Shown here in pieces: positions 1 through 12,930 of a DNA stretch of 64,000 bases. The DNA lies in NCBI GenBank assembly GCA_045837725.1, contig JBEWZL010000115.1, forward strand, positions 1 through 64,000, given 5' to 3'. The stretch is from Vermamoeba vermiformis (Eukaryota). Every line of letters starts with the position of its first letter. The first letter of the stretch is position 1. The position numbers were made by a program, and so were the translations under genes. The notes below the pieces were generated by a model. It did not search any database, was not told the DNA's origin, and saw only the letters and a program-made list of their open reading frames with translations.

Positions 1-1582
1 GCTTCCCCTGAGGGGAGTGTTTGGCAGAGGCTCTTCTGTTGGATTGCTTGCAGGTGTGGGAGGTGAGGGTGGTGTCAAATAAACTCCCAATTGATATGTA
101 GTGTTGCTGCCACTCACCCAAGTCCATTCATTAGAAGAAGTGTTGAATCTCCACAGGTCATTAAGATAAGCTAAATGACTGGCATAAGCAAAATTGCTTC
201 AAAAACTTCTTACACTCACCAGACACATAGGTTGGATCATAAAAAGAACCTCCAAACAACCAAACTGTTCCATCTGTGCCTGTCTGTGAGGTAGAACCCA
301 TTCGTGCAGTTGGTATGTTTGCCACTGAGGGTACTCCTTGAGTTCCATACTTTCCAAGTTGGTTTGTTGACGTTGAGCCTCCCATCCATGTCCATTGATT
401 GGTGGAGGGAGTGTACCTCCAGAGGTCATTCAAATAGCCAATGTCTAATGAAAATCAGGCTAAGAATGTTTGAAATTGACTTACTAGTAGCATTAACCAA
501 GCCATAACCTCCAAACAACCAAAATGTTCCGTTAAGGTCAATCCAAGCCTGGCTAGACCGTCGTTCACCAGGCCTTGCAGTGTCTGATGGCACTCCTAGA
601 CTACCATACTCTGCAAATTGATATTGGGTATTGTTTCCACTCATCCAAGTCCATTCATTTGTTGCAGGATTGTACTTCCATAAGTCAACATACTCCCCTG
701 AAATGTAACCTGCAACATAGCCATAACCTCCAAATAACCAAAATGTGCCATTGTGATCTGCACTTGAGCCAAAGCCTTGTCTTGAGCCAGGATTGCTGTC
801 CAATGAGGGGACTCCTTGTGTGCCATAACTTGCCACTTCAGCAGATGTATTGTTGCCACTGACCCACACCCACAACTGAGTGGAGGGGTTGTACTGCCAG
901 ATGTCATTTAAGAACTGGTTAACTAAATGTATTGTAAGAAATTGCAATGGAGACAAACGAAATCATACCCCCCCCACTTCCTCCAAACAACCAAAATGTT
1001 CCATTAGAGGCAGTCCATGACCCTGAATTTGATCTAGCACCAGGAAAATTGGATGATGAGGGTACTCCTTGAGTTCCGTAGTTTCCAAGTTGGTTTGTTA
1101 AGGATGAGCCTCCCATCCATGTCCATTGATTAGTGGAGGGAGTGTACTTCCAGAGGTCATTTAAACCACCCACTGAAGGTGGAAAAGGATCATTTGCAGC
1201 TGTGAGACCATAACCACCAAAGAGCCAGAGTGATCCATCAGCACTTGTCCACGAGATAGCACTCCCTCGTCCACCAGGAATATTGCTATCTGCTGGTACT
1301 CCTTGTGAGCCAAACTGTGCTGGTTCGTTCACAAGATAGGTGCCTTTCATCCAAGTCCACTCGTCCAGCAACGGATCATATCGCCAGAGATCATTGAAAT
1401 ATCCTAAAGCATAGGTCAATAATAATAATAACAATTATTAAGAGTGGGTATTTAACTAGCGTACCATTGCCGTTGGAACTGTATCGCGTAGTAGTGTTGC
1501 TGTAGCCCTTGCCTCCGAAAATCCAAAATTTGCCGTTGAGATCCAACCACGAAACTGGATCGGTACGAGCGCCAGGGACTGC
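1..1582 (-). CDS. Kelch/galactose-oxidase-like beta-propeller repeat protein (partial; 5' end not resolved, 3' end runs off the window)
   Basis: At least 6 repeats of NDLW(K/R)YxPxTNxWTWMxG...YGTQGVP...PGAR...GxFWLFGGYG, separated by GT-AG introns at about 172-219, 440-483, 923-968 and 1404-1463. Confidence 0.85.
327..1161. repeat. Near-identical internal duplication of one Kelch unit (327-430 vs 1058-1161)
   Basis: Direct comparison by eye: about 104 nt with 7 mismatches. Confidence 0.85.
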
Positions 1583-3128
1583 TTTTAATACTTGACACAA
1601 GTACGGAGCGATGTAAATTGCGAGCAATAATATCCGAAATAAACCTAAATAAATAAATTATTAACCTTCGTGGATAACTTGCATCTTGAATCCGCAAAAA
1701 AAGAATTAGTTGGGTATAGTAAATTTCATTAAGTAAGTAATTCTTGGCTTACGTAAGTTCATTGAGTGTGGTTTCGAATTCGAGTTTGTGATAGATAAAT
1801 GATTCATCGAAACATCTTTTTTTGCAGTGTCAACTTGTCAGAACAAACCAACCGACCAATCCAATCAATAGGATCGAATAGTGAATCACAACAAAACGAC
1901 CAAGTAGGGTAAAATACTGTATTTATTGAACGTTAAATAAACAAGGGTTGTAGTTGATAAATATCTGTTTCGGGTGGTGTTGAAAAACACCGACCAATCG
2001 CAACCAAGTTTTCCACAACACATGCATTTAACGTCAATAATCTCGTCATTATTAGTACTTTGTATAGCCACGTACTCGTGAGGATACTTGTTAAACTTAA
2101 ACATACCCAAATAATTTCCGTCCGCGACAGATCTCCGCTTTAAAATCGAGATTATGTGACATACCAACGTAAAATTAAGTTCTCATTGCTTTACTTTAAA
2201 GTATGGACAAGGTAATTTATCTGTAGGAAAAAAGCCGACAAGATCTAACGTATTTTTTATCAGCGCTACTATGTTACCATATAGTGCAATAATAGTATGT
2301 CCGCATCAGCCAAGCATATGGTCGCTTACGTATACACGACATGACATCCCTGTCACCGTTTGCGCGAAGAAAATCTCGTGGTAAGTCTACTACCGTCAAA
2401 TGTCAGCGGCGATTTGCCGACACGTTATGTAATGTGTTATTTTGACAAGAAAGCTCTGTAACAGAGACAATAATAACCGGTTCTTTGAGACGCTTCAATA
2501 CAAAGAGACTTTTGTTGCTGTTGGCTAGCCAGGAGGCATGATAAGTACCAATTCAAAGAACAAATCTTTTAACCTTTCCAAGGCAGAATAATAACCGTAA
2601 TTCGAATTAGTAGTTTTTTATCGGGCAGGTATCTCACTATGTGCAGAATTTGTTTGCAAGAAATACCGTGTTGTCTACTGGTTCAGCGAATCTACATCTA
2701 GAAAAACACCGTTCACTTATGATTGTCTTGCTAAGTTTGAGGTTTGACTTGGTACGTCAGTTCTGACTACAACGAATGGTTTAGAGTCTGAGAGCGGTAG
2801 TGCAGATTAACAGGAGTATTCTTTGGAAGTCCCTATATTTCTTAGTAGTGTAAGTCCAATTACTGCATGTTATTGGTATAGCGACAAACAATAATGCTCT
2901 AACTACGATCAGAATCGCTCGTTCAATCGCGGTGTTGAAATGGTCAGTGGATCGCGATTCATGCGAATTAATCATGACTGACTATTTTAAAACAGCCGCT
3001 TTAATACATAGTCGATATCCCAGTTGAATTTGAATTCTTTCTTTGTTTTTTGGCTGCCGATATTTTTTGAATCACTTTGACAGGCTTAAATACTGCCGAT
3101 AAATCCTGATTGTTTATTCAGATTCGCT

Positions 3129-3636
3129 ATGGCAGCCACAAGAGAATGCAAAATAATAATCTTTTTGATTATTATGCTCTTCGGAGCAGGCGCGTTCATC
3201 GCGGGCATATTTATAGCCGCAATAGGCATTAGCAGCGATGTTCTAAGTGCCGATGGTAATTACAGCGAAAAATATTTAAATTTTACTAATTATAATCAGT
3301 CATCAAAATTGCTGGCTACGTATTGATAGGCGTAGGCGGTGCTATATTCATCGTAGGCGGAATATTATTCGCTATTAACGTGTACAGTAAGTTCCGATCG
3401 TAATTCCAAATTCGCGCCTAATCATTACAGAAAAACGGCGTGACGAAACATATGAAAAACGAACGGTAAAAAAGCGAGAAAAAGAGGAAAAGAAAAGGCG
3501 GAAGGAAATTGAAGCGAATAAGAAGAACACAATGATCGCATCCTTTTCCACATCCAGCACTGCTTCAACGACTAGCGGCATGTCGACATCACGGTCGAGT
3601 GTATTATTGCTGAATACCTATCCCGAGGAGGTATAA
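3129..3636 (+). CDS. Small two-TM membrane protein with basic/charged C-terminal tail
   Basis: 3 exons: MAATRECKIIIFLIIMLFGAGAFIAGIFIAAIG / IAGYVLIGVGGAIFIVGGILFAINVY / KKRRDETYEK...YPEEV*. Confidence 0.6.
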
Positions 3637-4022
3637 GCTCATTTTTGTTGTTGTTTATAATGTACAGCTGGTTTTATACCAGAAATTAAAATCTCGAAAA
3701 CCTATCTCGACAGAAATTTCGAATCACAACCGATAATCAGGTACCTGGCGTCATATAATTATCAATATTATGTTATACGACATAAAACATCGCACGAATT
3801 CGTCAATTGGGTAGATTTAATTTCTTTTCATCGTTTGCGGATCTGGATCCAGCCCTCAATCAATGGTTTTTATCCAACAATTTCATATTCTATATGTCAA
3901 ACAAGAATAACGACCGTGGATTATGCAAAATTTTAATTGAGATATATAATAAACAATTTTACGTTGTGCGCAAAGTAGAACTTTGACGCCCACGTGACTT
4001 GACATCACCGTTCACTGAACGA

Positions 4023-7000
4023 CTAATTCTTTTTGAGAATGCTATTCACGTATTGGTCTCTATTCTTGCTGTTGTAGAGCAATTGGCTGTATTCGCCCAT
4101 CATCAGATTGTTAAATGTATAGTCGCCCGTTTTCTTGCTTCCACCGCTGAATAATTGCAATGATTAGCACGCTTGTTTTTCCCTTATATGGTAATAAATA
4201 GTACTTACTCGTAATTGAAATAATCGTAGTCTCTGTTGCAAGTGTAGCACGTGGTATTGTACAAAATGGAACTGAACAAAATGTTGTCCAATGTTCCGCG
4301 AGGACTGCCAGTCAAACCTTAAAATGATAATAAAATTAATAAAACTAGCACTAAGTTTGTACAAAAATATCGGAAATTATATTGCTAATGTTTTCACGGC
4401 TGTGAAAAATATCATTTTTTCACGGATTAGATCTTGTTCATGAACGGTGTTTCCAAATAAGGCAATACTTACGATTGATGCTCCAACAGTCCCTATTGTT
4501 CGCGCAGTCACTCAACGGACCAATCACTTGATGCTGCACAATGCTGCCGCTGATGTGTCCGAACAGATCCAGCGAACAGAGCGGTTTCCACTGATAGTCC
4601 ACTGACTGCATATTAAAGTTGTCCTTATAATACTGTTGCGTAGTTGAACTGTTGTAATCCACGCCTGCAAACAGATTTCCACCAATCGTTGGCGAGAACA
4701 CTCCGTCGCGCCATAATAGGAACAAGAGGCCTTCGAGCTTGTTCACGACGGAATAACTCGTCGACAAGAAAATAATTGTTCCGTACTCCTCGAGGGCTTC
4801 CTAATTTGGTAAAAGCAATTAATCATAAAGATCTTGGTAAAATAAAAATTGCACGTGAAAAAATTGAGATCACGGCAATTTCGATTATTTCCTTATTTGG
4901 CAAGTGTCAAGAGCATACCTTGATGACGAGAGGTCTCCACGCGTTGTTATTGATGTCAGTCACGTGCCCATTGTACTTTGAAAAGTCAAAAGTTTTCAAC
5001 GTAACTCCGCGCCACGTGTCCACTTCTTTGCGCTGCGAGTCACTGAGACCCAAGTCGTAAATCACCACGGCAATACTTGGCTCGTGCGAGTGCATCGATC
5101 CGACCTAAATGAAAATCCCATAATTAGGAAAGAGCTGCGGATCCTAAAATTATGTTCTTTTTTCACGTACGAGATTTTTGAGGTCGTTGAAGTGGCTGCT
5201 GGCGGCACCAGTGATGAATTTAATCTCGCCCTTGAGATCTTTTTCAATCTGCAAATATTTGCTGTGCGTGACAGTGTTCATGAACGACGAGGCCGTGCCT
5301 TGCGCGGGCAATGACGAGACACCCGCAGTGCAGTGCTTGGTGTAGCGGTCAGGATTGAAATACTTCGAGTACGTCGAGGACGTGCAGCGACACGATTGGT
5401 GGTCTAAAAATAGAACGTGAGGATAAATTATTGCAATGTTTTCGAGTAAAGTTTTTTCCTAACGAGAGCACGAAGTTTATGCATATCCTTTCCAAATAAG
5501 GCAATAATGCGTGAGTACGTACCGTGGAAGTCAGCCTTGACACGTGCTTTGATCGTGTTCCACTGCGCAAAGTTCTTGCTCACGCCGTCCCAGTCCTCAC
5601 ACGTGCGCACTTCGCCTGCACAATAACAAAAATAAACTATTAGCAAACCAATAGATAACAATAGCAAATATAGCACTGCAGCATAATGTCAAACAGACAT
5701 ATTATAAGTAACGGCATTAAAGATTTGTGTCGTGGGAATGTCTCGTGCTATAAATATTCAAATTTGATCATGTGCGCAAGTTCGAGAGTGTTTCCAAATA
5801 AGGAAATATCGCGTCATTGGTGTCACGTACCGTTGTAAGGTCCACTGCCGCGTCTGTGATGCAACACTTCAGTGCCAATCTTCTTCGGGTCCTCGCCACC
5901 AGCCACGTGATTGGTGAATGCCGAGTCCATGGCGCACTGCACACAGACCGTGCGATAGACTTGCATCGAGAACAGCGGCTGATCTTTGCCGTACGACCGC
6001 GTCTCGGTCAGTTCTGCCACTAAAAATAGCACAACCCGTTAGAGCAATATTACTATATTAGGAAATGAGTTGATCGAGAGCAAATTATTTGGTTCAGTGA
6101 AAATACGATTCAGTGAAAATTAATTGAATTACCTGCAGGAGGTGTCAAACACAATTCATCGAGCGCACATTCAACGGCTGGTCTGAAAATGAAATATTAG
6201 CAAAGATTACTATTTTTAGCTAAAAGTATTCTCGTTCACTGAAAATGAAAGATAGATCCGTACTTGATCACGCCGTTAAAAGCACCGCCCCAATAGGTGC
6301 CACCGTGCACGCCACCAGCAGTCATTGGTCGACCCAAAAATGACTCGAGTGTCGTGTTGAAGTGCTCGAACATGCCTGGTCTGCCACCACGTGTCAAACT
6401 GTCACCCATGCCCGTGCAGAAATAGCCTTCTTTGTTGACACGTTGACGGATGTAATTGATTGGCTGACGAATTTCATAGCCGCTGTCCACGTACAAGATC
6501 TGCACCGAAAAATTTTAGCAAAGATTTAATTTTTCCGGATCTGGTCTAATTGTAATTACCTTGCCATATTCTTCGAGTGCTTGTTGCACTACGAGAGCTT
6601 TCCACGCGAAATTTCGCAAACTTTTAACGTGTGGTGGATACTTGTCGAAATCAAAGGGCCGGATCTGTTCCGATAAATAAAAAAATCGTTAGCATTCGAT
6701 TTATCATGTTTTATAATATATTATAGTCATAATTTTATATAATAGAAATAATTAAAGTATTATCTTACCGTTACTTTACACCACTTTGAAATTTGAGCCC
6801 TATTTTCCGCTGACAGACCCAGATCATAAACAGCAATCTAATTAGAGTTGAAATAAGTACGTATATTATTAGAGCTATACCATTATACTATATTTATGCT
6901 ATTATTGCTTATTTACCTCTAAATCGGGCTCCCAGTAGTGAACAGATCCGACGATATTGCCTAAATGACCCACAAACCCAGAACTTGCAGCTGTTACGAG

Positions 7001-7610
7001 TGTAAGTGGCAAATTGAGTAATTCGGGGTCTGTAGTCGGCTTGGGCTTGCAGGGATCGTGACTGTAGCGCTAAATGGAAAAATAATTATTTAAAAATCTA
7101 TAATTGGATCAAAGAATCGAAATTGCAAAAAAATAGTTAAATAGCGCTATAATAACAGAAAAATATTTTATAAGATTTTTGCGTTGAAATTGAGGCAAAA
7201 TTAAGGCGAAGAAAGAGTGTTATTCAGAAAACGGTAAAAAAATATTTGAATAAATCGAATTTACAGCAATAATACTATCTTGATATAATTCGTACCTTAA
7301 TATCCTCATCCGATAAATGATCATTAAAATCGACACGTGGTTTGGCGACGTCATCTTGATGTTGCTGATGCGTTTGAGAGCTTTGAGGTGGCGTAACAGC
7401 TGTTGGTACTCGCGTTACAACATTAGGAACAGTATGTACATTAGGTTTGGTTGGTAAATACACAGCTTCGTAAATATGATCGTTAGATCTAGTGTTGGGC
7501 GTGATAATCCAGATCGTAAACAAAGAACAGCCGATAATCGTTGCTACGAAGGTCTTAAATAATAATTCTGACCTCCGTCGTTCGGCAACACGAGACCGTC
7601 CTCTATGCAT
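4023..7610 (-). CDS. Type II membrane protein with two tandem DUF1647-like (putative glycosyltransferase) domains
   Basis: N-terminal TM, then a Pro/Thr stem. Domain 1: LVTAASS...VYDLGL...FDFDKYP...FAWKALVV...ILYVDSG. Domain 2: FITGAASSHF...IYDLGL...FDFSKY...AWRPLVIK...IIFLSTS. Confidence 0.75.
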
Positions 7611-8014
7611 TCAATTAATAGGCGCGCGTGTTGGTCTGTTGGACAAATCTGAAAAATAAAGGCAGCAAAATTCATTGTGTTATTGATAAATACCACAAAC
7701 AACAGAAATTTATGCTAATAATCGAGAGGTGATATTATAATTAGCCTAGGGAGTTCCAGATTGCCTCTGTTTATAGATCTTTCCCTCCATCGAATGGATC
7801 CGAAATAATTTGAGGTAAACATTATTTTTTTACGTAGGTTGGGTACCAATACTTATGCAATTACAAAATATAGCCCGGTTATGTTATTAAATTCCTCAGG
7901 TGGTTTTAAATAGAAATTTTCTTGCGCATCTCGTTCCAAATTGGCCAATAATAAGCCAAGAAAGTAATAATGATACAATAATAATATATTGTATAATATA
8001 ATTTATCTTACTTG

Positions 8015-8500
8015 ATTAGAATTTACGTACAAATTTAATGAATTTAACGAACAAATACTCGCCGCCGATCAACAGACAGAGACTGGTCTTGCCATGAGCA
8101 AGGACCGTGTAGAGATGAATGCCGGTAAGGAGTGCTACTACAGCTAAAATGATAAAATGAGTAAAATCCAAGTTGATAGATAAATTTCTAATCACATCTG
8201 CAGCAACGGATGTGAATTTATTTTTCGTACAATAAATACTTACGACCTAATAAGAATTTAAATACGTTGCGCATGATAGCAACACCCACATTCTAATAAT
8301 TATACGATTATTTAAATTGAAATTCATTTTTTAATCCCTTTGGATTGACCGAACATCAACTTACATCGCCTGAACGAAGCCTTTTTTTGGCATATATATT
8401 TCCTGCTATAGTAGTGATGGTGCCTGCTATGAGCGCGGCGGTTAGCGAAGTTCGTATCGGTTGATCCTGCAAGCTATGCAGATAATTCGATGCAGAATGC
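8015..8500 (-). CDS. Small spliced hydrophobic protein, weakly Mpv17/PMP22-like at the N-terminus
   Basis: Manual splice: MHSASNYLHSLQDQPIRTSLTAALIAGTITTIAGNIYAKKRLRSGD / NVGVAIMRNVFKFLLG / VIRNLSINLDFTHFIILAVVALLTGIHLY...; GTAAG donors at about 8363 and 8243. Confidence 0.35.
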
Positions 8501-8912
8501 ATAATATTCGACATTTTGTGCTGAGCTAATAATGTAAGCTAGTAAAAATAGCTCATTGAATGAATATTTTTAATTTTAAGATATTTGCGAGATTAATTTA
8601 GAGCTTAGCAGTTTTAACGGTTTTTGGTCGAAGAAATATTAACGTCAGACGCAACCGCAATAATAATTCATCCTCTATACGGTTAAATTAATGCAAGTCA
8701 AAACATAACGAACAGTTCTTTGTCGTTCACCTGGTAACATCCGCGATCTCATTCAACCCCTGAACGGTCTTTTAATGATCTCGGCTAATGCCAGTTTATG
8801 GCTACATTAGTTAAAACTAATAAAGGTGCAACGTTCACGAGAGTAGGACCGAACAATTTTGCAGTCGTGTTGAACCTCATTCGTTCATTACACGCACAAC
8901 AGAGCACCACAA

Positions 8913-10124
8913 ATGCTCCACACAATCATCACACATACGAGTGCAGTAAAGCAAAGAGTATTCACTGCTGCATTGTCCAAGCGCACGATATTCAAGAGTG
9001 CAACGACCCAAAGTAAACCCCCTTGCAGTTCATTTGCAACCGTTGGTTTGTTCGGACTAGCGAAACAATCCTCGGTTAATATGGTACAAAATTATTCTTC
9101 GAAATTATTGTGCGGAGGCAGAAGGTCTTATACAAGTAAGTTAATTAAGCATTAGAAGTATTTGCACATTAAACAAAAAATCAGCTGCAAATGACTCCAA
9201 TCAGCGGCGTAAATTTGAGCACGTGGGTAAGGTCCATATTCCGTGACCTGCTAGCAGTAGGACTTGTGGACATGACGCTTGTTTCAGTTCAACCGACCAA
9301 TCAGTGTTGGGTATATTCGGAGGTAAAAATACATTTAAATTAAATCAGCGTTGTTTTGTTTGCACCAACTTACAACTCTCTTTAGCGACACATGATAAAG
9401 ATAACAAATCTATGCGTAAAGTTGTTGAAAATGCAAAACGAGAAGCGGACAACATTAGTACTACAGATCCGTCAAAGATTATTCAAGCCGCGGTATCTGG
9501 CTTGACCGAAAGTGACTGTCAATGGTATGTTATGATAGCGTAAGTTCAAGTGCGATTAATTACACTGCATTAGCACTGCATGCATTGCCGTATTGAAAGG
9601 CAACACCATTTGCACTGCAAATGTTGGAGGCGCAGGACTGTTGGTGTTCAGACCGTCCAACAAACAAGTAGGCTATTGTAATTCTTCTTATAATATCAGT
9701 CTATTAACATTACTGTAGATTTTGTTCCGCTCGGTAACTCAGAACCAAAACTTAAGAATTCCATCAGATAAGGAAGCTATATCGACTGCAGATGTTCAGT
9801 AGGTCATAGCTTATAGTAGTATAATTAATTTTCATCATGCCGAACAGGATCAAAGTGTCGGAAGGTGACGTCGTTCTACTGGACTCTTACAGCGTGTTCA
9901 ACAACTTGAATGACCAGCTGTTGGTCAGCTTCGCCAGCGAGGTGTTATCAACCGGCACTGGCACTGATGAGAGTTTGGCACAAAATATTGCCAATAGGGT
10001 GGCTTCCCAAGTTCTTAACGAACTAAGCAAAGCTTATGATAGGTTTAAAATTGAAAGGTGGTGTGACGTGACACTAGTGGTCGGCATTGTAGGAAAAACA
10101 GAAAAAGACGATACAAAAAAGTAG
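8913..10124 (+). pseudogene. Degenerate PTC7/PPTC7-like PP2C with presequence-like N-terminus and in-frame TGA at 9244-9246
   Basis: IP*P...CGHDACF...VLGIFG, TACIAVL...ANVGGAG, GDVVLLDSYSVFNNL and DVTLVV are colinear with PTC7 motifs (LPHP...GEDA, GVADGVGG, NLGDSG, TDGLFDN, DDITVVV). Exon phases are otherwise consistent. Confidence 0.65.
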
Positions 10125-10230
10125 AAAGACTACATAATAGTGGCGCGTAACAATTAGTCAGTCCCTTTGAATCCCGTTGAAAGGAAATTAAAATTCATAA
10201 ATAAATTATTATTGAACTTACGGCGCACTT

Positions 10231-12811
10231 TTACTTGACTTGTAATGCAATGGTTTTGTATAAAGCCATATCATTGGAGACAGTATCTAACGTATACATC
10301 ATGCGATAGTCCGCTGGCTCGAAAACAAACTAAAAAAATGGAGTTAGTCAAATCCGTTAAAATAACCCATAATGATGCTCTCTAATTACCTCGGCGGGGT
10401 ATTTGCCGTTAAGATTATCCCAAGGATATTGCTCCCATAATGCCCAACGAAGTACGGCGCTGAAACAAAACGATCAGATCGCGATCCGCCTAAAAAATTG
10501 TACGTACTTTGTAGGGAACTGTTGAGGGGCATAAGGGCTGTCCATAAGATTTAAGAGCTTCATTTCTTCGAGCAAGTATTGCAATTCATAGACCAAGCCA
10601 CCAATAAAACTTGCGACCTGATCACCGATCCGATCAGAAAGGCTTAAGAATGGAAGTGCGCTTACCATTTGTGGTCTATTAGCAATACCACCGACTACTA
10701 CAATGCGTCCTTGATTGGTTTCTTGAATATTTCGAGCCGTCAACGCGCATGCGCTACCGCAAGTTCTGAATTCGAAGAAAACGTTAGTATCCCTACATGA
10801 CCTTATTCTAATTATTAATAATTACCCATCGGTCAGTACTATGACATTAGCGGGGTTGAAGACGAAGCTCGAGTCGAAAGGAGGCACATCCAACATGGAG
10901 CAATCATCTTGCAACTTATTTGAGTACTTTGAAGCTGAATTGCCGCGGAAATAAGTATTTCCAGGTAATATCCAGCCTATTGAATTTTATATTAAGTCAT
11001 TTGCGCTTATTTTTGAAGCTTTGGATCTTACTCAGATCTTGGTATTGAGCTCCAGTGTTGTAGTCGAAGTACTTCCAAGGAGAGAAAATAGAATAGACAT
11101 CTCTAGGTAATTTAGCAGCATTTTGAGCGAGAGCGAGAGTCAAATTCGAGTGAATGACATCGAACACTGGATGTTGCGGGTATTGCAGTGATTCGGGGAA
11201 CATTAAGCGCAAGAATTGCATCGCTAAACATACGTAACCACCACCATTGCCTCTATAGTATTAAATTTATATTAGCTTTTAATTTGAAAGGTTTTGATAG
11301 AATTGAAATATTTGTTGAAATTTAAAAATCGTCTAAGTTACTTGTATATTGAATGGTATATTAAAAGGAACGCATACCTAAAGTCCAAGATGAGCTGCTT
11401 CAATTTCAATTGATTGGCCAAGACTAAAGAGCGTTGCAGATCGAACAAAAATTGAGGCTCGCTTTGCAAATCGTCGTTGGTGTCCAATCCGTATTTCTCG
11501 GGCATAAAGCTGTTGATTTTCATCGCTGCTACGCCATTTCCAACATTAAATAGAGAAATGTTCTCGCCTTGATAGATCGGTTTTTGAGATGCAGATGCGC
11601 GTTTTTGTTTTTGCGGCAAGTGATAGCTCTTGTCATCAAACAATTGTGCCTTAACATATTCAGTCTCTTCTAATATCGTAGCAGGCGAATCAACGTAAGG
11701 AATGCTGCCGTTGCGAATAGATCTGTCGCCAGTAAAACAAGCTTGATAAATGTCTGAGACATTTCTCAGTGCTGTGGCTTGCCACTTAAGAGTGACGGTG
11801 TTACTGTAATGAATATTAACAATATGGTACTCGCGTTGAAGTATTTTGAGCGGATCTTACGTAACGCCAGTTCCATAATCGTAAAGTTCGAAAGTTTCAG
11901 CTTCTTGCGATGGAATTCCATATGTACCTTGAGAACGCGTGGTATAAAGTGATTTGATGGCGTAATTGAATCTATTTAACGAAATTAGAGGAATTGAAAT
12001 CGAGCTTGGGTACTCGATCTAACTTACCTGCTGCCCAAATCAAGCGAGAACGGAGCATTAGTATCCGCAAAATTAATAAGATATGTCACTGCATTTTGAT
12101 TATTGATTTTGTTGATTCTTTTGCCCACAAGAGTCTGATCGTACTTGGCACTAATAATAACGATTTCTTGGCTCGAAGTTGACTCGTTAAATATAGACGC
12201 AATTTGGAACGGCAAGAAGAATGAAAATGAACTGTAACAGCCTGGCTTGCGGTACTGTTAAAGTGACAGCGTCAGATCTACTATCAAAAGTCGAAAGAAC
12301 TTTCAAAATTAATTTCCAGAGCACAATATTGCTTCGTAATAATATTTGCTCGTGTATCAACCATATTTCAATTATTAACTGCTTACTTGAGTGTGCGGAT
12401 CGTTCAGACTAAGAAAGAAAAAAATTATTAAGGATTGACAAGCTTATTTTGAATATCTTACGTGGTTAAAAAGTTGGCCAATGCTTGTTGAAATTCGTAA
12501 TCGGTTTTGAAATCATTTCTAGCGTTGATCTTGCTCAATCCACCGAAAATATCTACGTGCAACGGTAACCACTGTGGATCAGGGCTGTTGGCTGCTATGT
12601 CTCTAAACACGTACATTTGAAGTGCTTTTTGTACGGTGTCCATAGTTTGGGCTTTAATTGAGGCATTGTAAGGAATAGACAACATGCACGTTGCCATCTG
12701 GCCATAAGGAATGATATCTCCCTTGGTAAACGAGCATTTCTGCTGCGCCAGTGATATATTAAATATAGTAAATATAAATAAAGTTACAGAAAGGACTCTT
12801 ATTGACTTCAT
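10231..12811 (-). CDS. Secreted peptidase S41 family protein (fungal/CPAF-like type)
   Basis: Signal peptide MKSIRVLSVTLFIFTIFNISLA; LILDFRGNGGGYVC; LTDGTCGSACA (catalytic Ser); multi-exon. Confidence 0.85.
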
Positions 12812-12930
12812 TTTGAAATCTAACGAATAAAATAAAAAATTTCGTTTGATCGTTTTTTGTCCGCGCAAAAGTTGCATAGGCACCATATTTGGCCTTATAA
12901 ATAGCTTGTATATATTATATAGACGATTAA

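Noticed and set aside
1700-3000. ORFs 1886-2167 and 2781-2975 as the 5' end of the Kelch gene
   Set aside because: I could not build a phase-consistent exon chain; left unannotated.
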